In this document: positions 19,001-27,231 of the stretch, one piece after another
Numbering within the stretch: the first letter of the stretch is position 1
Layout of the letters: each line of letters starts with the position of its first letter
NCBI GenBank assembly: GCA_964629655.1
Contig: CAZVQU010000003.1
Span: 17,613-81,612, forward strand
Reading direction: 5' to 3'
Length of the DNA stretch: 64,000 bases
Source of the DNA: an uncultured Planctomycetia bacterium
GTDB taxonomy: Bacteria; Omnitrophota; Gorgyraeia; Duberdicusellales; 4484-171
The notes under the pieces: generated by a model
Seen by the model: the letters and a program-made list of their open reading frames with translations, nothing else
The model's database searches: none
Told to the model about the DNA's origin: nothing
Program-made: the position numbers and the translations under genes

Positions 19001-19672
19001 ATGATTTCCTGCATAATTCCTGTTTATAACGAAGAAAAGCTGATAGGGAGGACTCTTGATAATCTTTCTAGGTTTGAGGGCCTTGAAATCATTGTCGTCG
19101 ATGGCGGTAGCAGCGATCGCTCTCGCGATATTATCAATAGCCACCCAGTAACTTTAATTTCTTCTCCCAAGGGACGATCACATCAGATGAATGCTGGTGC
19201 CGGAGTAGCCAAAGGTAACATCTTATTATTTTTACACGCAGATTGCATTCTTGAGCCGGATGCCCTAGGGGCAGTAAACGAGGCGATTAGTCAGGGGTCA
19301 GTAGGAGGATGCTTTATCCACAAAATAAATGGGAAGGGCATCTTATATCGCAGCATTGAACTTTCCGGGAATATCCGTACAAAAATTTCAAAGGTATTTT
19401 ATGGCGATCAAGGTATATTCGTCAGCAAGGATGCTTTTTCAAAAATTGGCGGTTTTGATAGTGTGGTTTTATTTGAAGATGTTATTTTTTCCCGGAAGCT
19501 TAAAAAAGTAGGTAAAGTTTGTGTATTAAATAGTAAAGTTTATGCTGAGCCCAGGCGGTGGAAGACCCAAGGTATAGTAAAAGCTACGCTAATAAATTGG
19601 CTAGTAACGATAGGGTTTATCTTTGGTATTCCTACAAAAATATTAAGTAAAGTCTATTGCGATATTCGATAA
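19001..19672 (+). CDS. Family-2 glycosyltransferase (TIGR04283-like)
   Basis: MISCIIPVYNEEKLIGRTLDNL...IIVVDGGSSDRS, GT-A fold with DxD-like motif. Start moved to ATG 19001 because track ATG 18971 lies inside the operator palindrome. Confidence 0.7.
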   Translation: MISCIIPVYNEEKLIGRTLDNLSRFEGLEIIVVDGGSSDRSRDIINSHPVTLISSPKGRSHQMNAGAGVAKGNILLFLHADCILEPDALGAVNEAISQGSVGGCFIHKINGKGILYRSIELSGNIRTKISKVFYGDQGIFVSKDAFSKIGGFDSVVLFEDVIFSRKLKKVGKVCVLNSKVYAEPRRWKTQGIVKATLINWLVTIGFIFGIPTKILSKVYCDIR

Positions 19673-19731
19673 GTAGGGATATTATTTTAGTGGTACAGGC
19701 AAGAGGTTATTAATGATGGTAACCGAGGAGG

Positions 19732-20226
19732 TTGACAATGATGCCCACACCAGAAGAAATTCGTGACATGGAGCATAAACATATAAATTTAAGTTATAAT
19801 AAGATTGAAGAATTAATTTATGCCGGAAACAATATGTGTTGTCAAACTCATTTTGAAAAGGAGTTGTTATCTAAAGGTATCACTGTCGATATATCCTTGG
19901 AGCTGGAAAAATTTGATAACCCTAAAGGGGTAAAATATTTTTTTTGGTTTCCTTGGAAGGAGGATACAGCCCCGAGTGAGGAGTTAATAGAAATTGGTTT
20001 AAAAACTGTCGATAATTTAATTGAAAAAAATATTAAAATGTATATTCATTGTAAGAATGGGCATGGGAGGACTACCACATTTTTAGCGGCATATTTTATT
20101 AAGACCAAAGGCGTAACGGCAGACGAAGCGCTTAAGTTAGTGACGGAGAAGAGGCCATCTATGCATCTCAATGAAACCCAGATATCTTTTTTAAGAGAAT
20201 TTGAAAGAATTGGGAAGGTTTCATGA
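19732..20226 (+). CDS. Dual-specificity / protein-tyrosine phosphatase-like protein (HCxxGxxRT P-loop)
   Basis: IHCKNGHGRTTTFLAAYF = HCX5R(S/T) signature. Confidence 0.6.
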   Translation: MTMMPTPEEIRDMEHKHINLSYNKIEELIYAGNNMCCQTHFEKELLSKGITVDISLELEKFDNPKGVKYFFWFPWKEDTAPSEELIEIGLKTVDNLIEKNIKMYIHCKNGHGRTTTFLAAYFIKTKGVTADEALKLVTEKRPSMHLNETQISFLREFERIGKVS

Positions 20227-21647
20227 AATATGATTATGACTTGGTTGTAATCGGCGGTGGTGCCGGGGGGCTGTTTGCTGCCAGTGTTGCCAATACTTTG
20301 GGAGCTAAAACCTGCCTTATCGAGAAGAAACGCTTAGGCGGTGATTGTACCTGGTTTGGCTGTATGCCTTCAAAAGCAATTTTAAAGTCGGCAAGTTTGG
20401 TGAGGTTGCTTAAAAGGTCTTCTGGCTTTGGTTTAGGGGTTGATTACAAGATAGATGCCTCAGGAGTTATGAATCATGTTAGGGATGTTGTTAGGGAAAT
20501 TTCGACACATCATCCGATAGAGCTATTAGAGAAGAGAGGAATAACCGTTATAATTGGCCAGCCACATTTTATTGGTAAGGATTCATTAGAAGTTAATAGC
20601 AAGATAATAAGAGCCAAGAAATTTATTATTTGTACCGGCTCACATCCAGTTATCCCTCCGATTGATGGTTTAGCTGAGATAAATTATCTAACTAATGAGA
20701 ATATTTTTGACTTAAAGGAGCTTCCAAAGAGCTTGATTGTTTTAGGTGGCGGTCCTATTGGTGTCGAGCTATCGCAGGCTTTAGGTCGCTTAGGTGTCAA
20801 GGTTTCAATTGTTGAGATGGTCGATAAGCTTTTGTTTCATGAAGAAGCAGAGGCTAGTCTTATATTGGAGGAAGCATTAAAATCCGAGGGCTTAAGTATT
20901 TTTACCGGAAAAAAAGCAGTTAAGTTTAGCAAGAAAGAGAATAAAGTTTTTGTAACTTTGCAGGATAAGGGCAATAGGAGGAAAGAGATATCTGCGGATA
21001 ACGTATTGGTTGCTGTAGGCAGGGCAGCAAATCTAGAAGGCCTTATGCTTGAGGTAGCTGGAGTAGAATACACCAACAAGGGTATTAAAGTTAATGCTTA
21101 TTTGCGGGCGAAAAACCCCAATATACTTGCCTGCGGAGATATCGTCGGGCCTTATATGTTTAGCCACGTTGCGGCTTATCAGGCTAGCGTATGCGTACGC
21201 AATGCTTTATTTAGAAGAATAGCTTGGCAGAAGGTCAGCTATGATAATATTGCCTGGGCTACATTTACTGATCCTGAAGTAGCTCATCTGGGGCTGAGTG
21301 AAGAAGAGGCCAGGGGTAAGTTTAAAAATATAAAAATATATAAGACTGACTATAGCGCTTGTGACCGGGCAATAACAGATTCTGAAAAGAAAGGTTTAGT
21401 TAAGATCATTACCAATAAAAAAGGATATATTCTAGGCGCTAATATTGTTGGTGCTAATGCCGGTGAAATAATCCAGGGTTTGCTTATTGCAAAATCTCTA
21501 AAGCAGCCATTAGCAAGGATTGCCTCGGTATTATTTATTTATCCTACTCTCTCGGAATTAATCAAAAAGACTGCGGCAAAAAGTTTGGTTGAGAAGATTA
21601 GTAATCCTTTTATTAAGTTTGTTTTGAAAGTGTTGAGGAAGAGTTAA
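20223..21647 (+). CDS. Pyridine nucleotide-disulfide oxidoreductase (dihydrolipoamide dehydrogenase / mercuric reductase family)
   Basis: N-terminal FAD site DLVVIGGGAGG, redox-active GGDCTWFGCMPSK, NAD site VLGGGPIGVE, C-terminal dimerisation domain. 4-nt overlap with upstream gene. Confidence 0.75.
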   Translation: MKYDYDLVVIGGGAGGLFAASVANTLGAKTCLIEKKRLGGDCTWFGCMPSKAILKSASLVRLLKRSSGFGLGVDYKIDASGVMNHVRDVVREISTHHPIELLEKRGITVIIGQPHFIGKDSLEVNSKIIRAKKFIICTGSHPVIPPIDGLAEINYLTNENIFDLKELPKSLIVLGGGPIGVELSQALGRLGVKVSIVEMVDKLLFHEEAEASLILEEALKSEGLSIFTGKKAVKFSKKENKVFVTLQDKGNRRKEISADNVLVAVGRAANLEGLMLEVAGVEYTNKGIKVNAYLRAKNPNILACGDIVGPYMFSHVAAYQASVCVRNALFRRIAWQKVSYDNIAWATFTDPEVAHLGLSEEEARGKFKNIKIYKTDYSACDRAITDSEKKGLVKIITNKKGYILGANIVGANAGEIIQGLLIAKSLKQPLARIASVLFIYPTLSELIKKTAAKSLVEKISNPFIKFVLKVLRKS

Positions 21648-21658
21648 GGAGAGCCTTA

Positions 21659-22321
21659 GTGAAGTTTTTAAAAAGCCCTTGGTTTAAGGTTTTATTTATC
21701 GTTTCCATTATCGGAGCAGTGTTTTTTATCCTACGCTTCCTTGGCATTAACTTCTCAGGAGTCAGCGCTGAGGAGGTTAAAGCTTGGGTTGAATCCTTGG
21801 GTTTCTGGGGACCGGCGATTTACATTATTGCTTATGTCTTTCGTCCTTTAGTTTTGCTGCCGGCTGCCATATTTTCAGCATCAGCGGGTGTAATTTGGGG
21901 CTTAAAGGGATTTATTTATGTTCAAATCGGAGCTAATATATCTGCTGTTGCTGAGTTTTTGATAGCCCGTTACTTTGCCCGTGAATTAGTTGAGAAATAT
22001 TTAAAGGGTAAAATTTCCCGGGTTGACGAGAGCATTGAAAAGCATGGTTTTTTAACTGTTTTATTAGTGAGGCTTATCCCTAATCTACCCTGGGACGTCC
22101 AAAACCTAAGTCTAGGCTTAACTAAGGTAAGGTTTAGAGATTACTTTTTTGCAACTCTGATTGGGATTATGCCGGCATCGTTTGCTTTAGTCTACGGCGG
22201 CGATGCTATTATAAAGGTATTAACTGATCCTAAGAATTTTTGGATGATTATCCTTGCGGTATTAATCTTTATCGGTGTATTTTTTCTCCAGAAGTATTTA
22301 AAGCGTAAAAATACAAAATGA
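21659..22321 (+). CDS. DedA / TVP38-TMEM64 family membrane protein
   Basis: VLLVRLIPNLPWDVQNLSLGLTKVRFRDYFFATLIGIMPASF is the DedA/SNARE-associated signature. GTG start with RBS. Confidence 0.7.
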   Translation: MKFLKSPWFKVLFIVSIIGAVFFILRFLGINFSGVSAEEVKAWVESLGFWGPAIYIIAYVFRPLVLLPAAIFSASAGVIWGLKGFIYVQIGANISAVAEFLIARYFARELVEKYLKGKISRVDESIEKHGFLTVLLVRLIPNLPWDVQNLSLGLTKVRFRDYFFATLIGIMPASFALVYGGDAIIKVLTDPKNFWMIILAVLIFIGVFFLQKYLKRKNTK

Positions 22322-22336
22322 ATGAGGAGGTCTTGA

Positions 22337-24388
22337 ATGCATGCTTTTTTAAGTCTTCTAGAAAAACATAACGCCCAAACTTTCTTAAACCGCGGGAAGT
22401 TAACTACTCTGCAGGTTAACGTCGGCAACCTTTGTAATCAAAGTTGCCTTCATTGTCACATAGAAGCTTCTCCCCAAGGAAAAAATATTATGCCTAAGGA
22501 GATAATCAATGATGTTCTAAAATTCCTTCATCATCATGAGATTAAGACCTTAGATATAACCGGGGGTGCCCCCGAACTTAATTCTGATTTTGATTACTTT
22601 ATACGTTCGGCTCGTCCCTTAGTAGGAGAAATCATTGTTCGTTCGAATTTAACTGTATTTTTTGAGCCAGGTAAAGAATACTTGCCCCAATTCTTGAAGG
22701 AAAATAAAATTCACCTTATTTGCTCCCTGCCTTGCTATGCCCGGGATAATGTTGATTACCAGAGAGGTAAAGGCGCTTTTGATAAGAGCGTTAAAGCCTT
22801 GAGGATACTAAACGGGTTAGGTTTTTCAAGTAAGGAAGATTTACTTCTCGACTTAGTCTACAATCCCAGAGGCCCCAATCTTCCGGCTGAGCAGGGAAAG
22901 CTTGAGAGGGATTATAAGAGTAATTTAGAGGAAAATTACCAAATAAAGTTTAACCATTTAATTACTATAACTAATGTTCCGATAAAGCGATTTAAAGATT
23001 ACTTGGAGAAAAAGGGAGAATACAAAAAATACTTTAAGCTTCTCCAAGACAATTTCAATCCTGTTATTTTGGATAATCTTATGTGCCGTAATTTCTTAAG
23101 TGTTGGTTTCAACGGCCGATTGTATGACTGCGATTTTAACCAAACTCTAGGCTTAGCCCTAAAAGACGAACTTGGAAACTTTCTTACCTTAGATAAAGTG
23201 TGCCTTAAGAATCTTGAGGGTAGGGAAATAATCCTTGGTGAGCATTGTTTATCGTGTACAGCTGGCAGCGGTTCAAGCTGTCAAGGGGCATTAACTGGAA
23301 AGAATTCCCCCAAGAAAGCGGTTAATCCTTGCTGTCTTGATGGGGAGGAAGATAAAAAGGAGAGCGTACGTGAGTATTACGGTAAAGTTTTAAAAAGCAG
23401 TAAGGATTTAAAAACCAATGCCTGCTGCAATGGGGAATCTATGCCGAAAGCTTACAGGAACGTACTAAATAAAATTGAACCGGAAATTTTAACCAAGTTT
23501 TATGGCTGCGGTTCTCCGTTACCGCCATTACTCCAAGGGTGCAGGGTTTTAGACTTAGGCTGTGGCAGTGGTCGCGATGTTTATTTGGCTTCATTTCTTG
23601 TTGGCCAAGATGGTTTTGTTATTGGAGTGGATATGACTGATCAGCAAATAGATGTAGCCACAAAATATAAAGATGCCCAGATGAGGGCGTTTGGGTTTAA
23701 AAAGAACAATGTTGATTTCAAAAAAGGCTGTATCGAGAACTTAAAAAATCTAGGCATTGCTGATAATTCGATCGATGTTGTGATTTCCAATTGCGTAATA
23801 AATTTATCACCGGATAAGGAGAGAGTGTTTGCAGAGATTTTTAGAGTCCTAAAGCCCGGTGGTGAGCTATATTTTTCTGATGTATTCGCAGGAAGAAGAG
23901 TGCCCAAATTTCTTAAAGACGATCCCATCCTCTACGGAGAGTGCCTAGGTGGAGCCTTGTACATAGAGGATTTCAGAAGGATTTTAAGGCATTTAGGCTG
24001 TTTAGACTATAGGGTTATTTCAAAGAGTCAAATTAACTTTGACAATAAAGAACTGGAAGAAAAATCCGGTATGATTAGTTTTTATTCAATGACTATAAGG
24101 GCCTTTAAGTTGAAAAAGCTAGAGGATATTTGTGAGGATTACGGACAGATGGTGACATATCTGGGGACAATCTCTGACTCAATCCACAAATTTGTCCTTG
24201 ACGATCATCATACTTTTGTTTCTGGAAAACCAGAACTTGTTTGCGGCAATACTGCCTCTATGTTGTCTAAAACACGCTACGCCAATCACTTTAAAGTGAT
24301 TGGAAACAGAACTACTCACTATGGCCCTTTTAATTGTGGGCCGCTCTCAGAAAAATCTCAGGATTCTTTTGGTGGGAGGTGTTGCTAA
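22337..24388 (+). CDS. Fusion protein: ArsS-like radical SAM/Cys-rich domain (N) + ArsM-like As(III) SAM methyltransferase (C)
   Basis: N-half: VNVGNLCNQSCLHCHIE (CxxxCxxC) plus Cys-rich tail CLSCTAGSGSSCQGA. C-half: CCNGES...YGCGSP...VLDLGCGSGRDVYLAS...DGFVIGVDMTDQQ...LKPGGELYFSD, matching ArsM motif I/post-I and conserved Cys positions. Confidence 0.7.
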   Translation: MHAFLSLLEKHNAQTFLNRGKLTTLQVNVGNLCNQSCLHCHIEASPQGKNIMPKEIINDVLKFLHHHEIKTLDITGGAPELNSDFDYFIRSARPLVGEIIVRSNLTVFFEPGKEYLPQFLKENKIHLICSLPCYARDNVDYQRGKGAFDKSVKALRILNGLGFSSKEDLLLDLVYNPRGPNLPAEQGKLERDYKSNLEENYQIKFNHLITITNVPIKRFKDYLEKKGEYKKYFKLLQDNFNPVILDNLMCRNFLSVGFNGRLYDCDFNQTLGLALKDELGNFLTLDKVCLKNLEGREIILGEHCLSCTAGSGSSCQGALTGKNSPKKAVNPCCLDGEEDKKESVREYYGKVLKSSKDLKTNACCNGESMPKAYRNVLNKIEPEILTKFYGCGSPLPPLLQGCRVLDLGCGSGRDVYLASFLVGQDGFVIGVDMTDQQIDVATKYKDAQMRAFGFKKNNVDFKKGCIENLKNLGIADNSIDVVISNCVINLSPDKERVFAEIFRVLKPGGELYFSDVFAGRRVPKFLKDDPILYGECLGGALYIEDFRRILRHLGCLDYRVISKSQINFDNKELEEKSGMISFYSMTIRAFKLKKLEDICEDYGQMVTYLGTISDSIHKFVLDDHHTFVSGKPELVCGNTASMLSKTRYANHFKVIGNRTTHYGPFNCGPLSEKSQDSFGGRCC

Positions 24389-24400
24389 GGGCAGGCAGCG

Positions 24401-25018
24401 ATGGATAAGTTGACGGGCAATGCACTTATAGTATTCCTTAAATACCCTCAACCGGGATTAGTTAAGACTCGCTTAGCAAAAGATATCGGTCCAGAATCTG
24501 CAGCTCTGCTATATAAAGAGCTAACTGAGTTAATCCTAAAGAATACCGAACCAGGTGATTACCAACGATTTTTATTTTACACACCGCAAGAGAAAAAACC
24601 TGAAATTTCAAAATGGCTAGGAGAAGATTCTAAACTTTTTCCTCAAGAAGGAGATGATTTAGGAAAAAGGCTGGCTAATGCTTTTGAGTCAGTCTTTAAC
24701 AAGGGGGTGAGTAAAGCGGTTGTTATCGGAACTGATAGCCCTTTTATTGACAGAGAGATTGTTGAGGAAGCATTCCGGCAGTTGGATAAATTCCAATGCG
24801 TTATCGGTCCGACTTGCGATGGCGGTTATTATTTGCTTGGTCTTGGTTCAGATAATGCCAAGCTATTTGAAAGCATAGATTGGAGTAGCAGTAGAGTATT
24901 TGAGCAGACAAAACAGAAGTTTAAGGATTTAGGATTAAGCTCGACTTGCCTTAGGGAAGAGTTTGACGTTGACACAAGAGCTGATTTAGACAGGTTTTTA
25001 AGAGATAAAAAAGTTTGA
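24401..25018 (+). CDS. DUF2064 / TIGR04282-family putative glycosyltransferase
   Basis: GNALIVFLKYPQPGLVKTRLAKDIG...VVIGTDSPFID...GPTCDGGYYLLGL, the DUF2064 signature. Confidence 0.65.
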   Translation: MDKLTGNALIVFLKYPQPGLVKTRLAKDIGPESAALLYKELTELILKNTEPGDYQRFLFYTPQEKKPEISKWLGEDSKLFPQEGDDLGKRLANAFESVFNKGVSKAVVIGTDSPFIDREIVEEAFRQLDKFQCVIGPTCDGGYYLLGLGSDNAKLFESIDWSSSRVFEQTKQKFKDLGLSSTCLREEFDVDTRADLDRFLRDKKV

Positions 25019-25027
25019 AATTAACCC

Positions 25028-25055
25028 TTGACAAATGATACCAATATGGTATCCT
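25028..25055 (+). promoter_or_regulatory. Promoter TTGACA-16-TATCCT with embedded palindromic operator GATACCA-ata-TGGTATC (copy 2)
   Basis: cccTTGACAaatGATACCAataTGGTATCCTt. 36/40 nt identical to 18961-19000. Confidence 0.45.
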
Positions 25056-25110
25056 TTTGGTAAGTGGAGAAACAGGGTATGGATTGGGATTGTAAAAAAA
25101 AGGGGGTGAG

Positions 25111-25188
25111 ATGAAAGTAACTATTCGATATATGATTCGTCCGGTAGTGCATTGCTCAGAGGGTTGCGCTATCAAGTCCCGGGCATGA
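25111..25188 (+). CDS. Possible 25-aa upstream/leader ORF (MKVTIRYMIRPVVHCSEGCAIKSRA)
   Basis: Strong SD GGGGGTGA 3 nt before ATG. Lies in the 5' leader between the operator-promoter and the Rrf2 gene. Contains HCxxxC. Confidence 0.2.
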   Translation: MKVTIRYMIRPVVHCSEGCAIKSRA

Positions 25189-25221
25189 CATTAAACTGCC
25201 CAAAATTAACCAAGGAGAAAG

Positions 25222-25623
25222 ATGAATTTAATTACCCGAGATGTTGACTATGCCATAAGAGCCTTATGCTGCATTGCGAAAAGAGAGGAAGGAGTCTACT
25301 CGGTTAATGAAATAGCCAAGTATTTAAAAATTCCTCGTCCTTTTTTGCGAAAAATTTTGCAAGTGTTAGGTAAAAAAAATATAGTGCATTCTTATAAAGG
25401 CAAAGGCGGAGGATTTAGATTGGCGGCTAAGCCGGGCAAGATTTCATTATTTGATATAATTACTTCGTTTCAGGGTCCGATAAGGTTAAATGATCATACT
25501 TTTAAGAGAAAAGTATGTCCTCATTTGAAGGAGTGTAATGTTAAGAAGAAACTTGATCGAGCAGAGAGAGTTATGGTTTCAGAATTAAAAGGGATCACCA
25601 TAGCGAATATTATCGAACATTAA
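25222..25623 (+). CDS. Rrf2-family transcriptional regulator (IscR/NsrR-like)
   Basis: DVDYAIRALCCIAKREEGVYSVNEIAKYLKIPRPFLRKILQVLGKKNIVHSYKGKGGGFRLA is the Rrf2 wHTH. C-terminal CPHLKEC. Confidence 0.75.
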   Translation: MNLITRDVDYAIRALCCIAKREEGVYSVNEIAKYLKIPRPFLRKILQVLGKKNIVHSYKGKGGGFRLAAKPGKISLFDIITSFQGPIRLNDHTFKRKVCPHLKECNVKKKLDRAERVMVSELKGITIANIIEH

Positions 25624-25637
25624 AAAGAAGAGTTATT

Positions 25638-26462
25638 ATGGCAAAACGTAAAATAATAAAAATTGATGAGAAGAAGTGTAACGGCTGTGGCCTTTGTGTG
25701 CCAAATTGTCCTGAGGGAGCTTTGCAGATTATTGACGGTAAGGCTCGGTTAGTCGGTGAGCTCTTGTGTGATGGCTTGGGTGCTTGTATTGGAGAATGTC
25801 CCGAAGGTGCTATTATTGTTGAGGAGCGTCAAGCCCAGGAGTACAACGAAGATAAGGTTATGGAAAATGTATCTAAGGCTGGGCCTGAGGTAATCGCAGC
25901 TCACTTAAAGCATCTTAAAGATCATGATCAGGATGATTATCTAAAACAGGCTTATGAGTACTTAAGAAAGTGCAAAATCGATATTCCCAAGGAAGAGGCA
26001 TCTGATGAATTGCCTTGTGGTTGTCCAGGTACAATGATGCGTGATTTTCGCAGTGAGAAAAAAGCTGACACAAAGGTTTCTACCGTAAGTGAGAGTTCTC
26101 AATTGCAGCAATGGCCGATACAGTTGCAGCTAGTCAGTCCAGTAGCTTCCTACTTTAAAGATGCTGATTTAGTGATTGCTGCTGACTGTGTACCTTTTTC
26201 CTACCCGAATTTTCATCAGCGGTTTTTGAAAGGTAAGGCCCTTGTAATTTTTTGCCCCAAGCTGGATACGGTATTAGATATGTATGTTGAGAAATTAACG
26301 GCAATTTTAAGGGAGAACAATATAAAATCAATAACCATTGCGCATATGGAGGTTCCTTGTTGTTTTGGCCTGGTAACTTTGGTGCAGAAGGCATTAAAAA
26401 AATCAGGGAAAAATATTATAATTAAAGAATATACAATCTCGGTTAAGGGTGAGCTCGTATAG
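25638..26462 (+). CDS. 4Fe-4S dicluster ferredoxin-domain protein with Cys-containing C-terminal domain
   Basis: CNGCGLCVPNCPEG...CDGLGACIGECPEG, two CxxCxxCxxxCP motifs. C-terminal PCGCPG...FCPKLD...PCCFGL. Confidence 0.55.
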   Translation: MAKRKIIKIDEKKCNGCGLCVPNCPEGALQIIDGKARLVGELLCDGLGACIGECPEGAIIVEERQAQEYNEDKVMENVSKAGPEVIAAHLKHLKDHDQDDYLKQAYEYLRKCKIDIPKEEASDELPCGCPGTMMRDFRSEKKADTKVSTVSESSQLQQWPIQLQLVSPVASYFKDADLVIAADCVPFSYPNFHQRFLKGKALVIFCPKLDTVLDMYVEKLTAILRENNIKSITIAHMEVPCCFGLVTLVQKALKKSGKNIIIKEYTISVKGELV

Positions 26463-26486
26463 TCTTTTTAAAGAAAGGAGTGGGTT

Positions 26487-27011
26487 ATGGATAAAAGCTT
26501 AGAGAAAGTGATGAATGAGCAATTAACAAAGGAGCTTTACTCAGCATATCTGTATCTTTCAATGGCTGCTTATTTTGAATCTGAGAATCTATCCGGATTC
26601 AGTCATTGGATGAAAATGCAGGTTCAGGAAGAGGTTCTGCATGCAATGAAAATCTTTGACTTCTTAAGTGGACGCGGCAGCAGAGTTGTTTTAGAGGCGA
26701 TAGATAAACCCTTGGCAAAATTCTCCTCGATTAAGGATGTTTTTGAGAAGACTTTAAAGCATGAGAAAAAAGTTACTGCAAGTATAAATGATTTGTATGC
26801 TCTAGCTAAGAAAGTTAACGATAGAGCCTCTTGCGTTTTTCTGCAGTGGTTTATTACTGAGCAGGTTGAGGAGGAAAAGAATCCTGCAGATATCTTGGGT
26901 AAGCTAAAGTATGTTAGCGATCAACCGGCAGGCATATTAATACTTGATAAAGAGCTGGCTACCCGTCGGCAACCGGTTTTAGATCCCGGCACGGAAGCAG
27001 CTGGTGCTTAG
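26487..27011 (+). CDS. Ferritin (non-haem, Ftn-like)
   Basis: MNEQLTKELYSAYLYLSMAAYFE...MKMQVQEEVLHAMKIFDFL ferroxidase-centre pattern. Confidence 0.8.
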   Translation: MDKSLEKVMNEQLTKELYSAYLYLSMAAYFESENLSGFSHWMKMQVQEEVLHAMKIFDFLSGRGSRVVLEAIDKPLAKFSSIKDVFEKTLKHEKKVTASINDLYALAKKVNDRASCVFLQWFITEQVEEEKNPADILGKLKYVSDQPAGILILDKELATRRQPVLDPGTEAAGA

Positions 27012-27049
27012 ATTGTGAAGGGATAGTTTCGCCTAAGTAAGGAGGTATA

Positions 27050-27184
27050 ATGACTATGCGAAAGAAAAAAAAGGCAAAATCAATGGTATGCGTAATTTGT
27101 AAAGGAGATAAGAAAGTCCAGGGTAAAAAGAAGTGTTGTTCTCCCGGAATGACTTCAAAGAAAAAGGGTAGCTGGAACCTTTAG
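27050..27184 (+). CDS. Small basic Cys-rich peptide (44 aa)
   Basis: MTMRKKKKAKSMVCVICKGDKKVQGKKKCCSPGMTSKKKGSWNL. SD AAGGAGG immediately upstream. Unlisted in track (<60 aa). Confidence 0.3.
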   Translation: MTMRKKKKAKSMVCVICKGDKKVQGKKKCCSPGMTSKKKGSWNL

Positions 27185-27231
27185 GAGCTATTTTTTAAAA
27201 GTTTGCTATTAGAAAAAGGAGAGTTATAAGT

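Noticed and set aside
18938-19144. Minus-strand ORFs 18938-19144 and 24951-25175 sharing the peptide YWYHLSRV
   Set aside because: The shared peptide is simply the translation of the repeated promoter/operator element on the opposite strand. Not genes.
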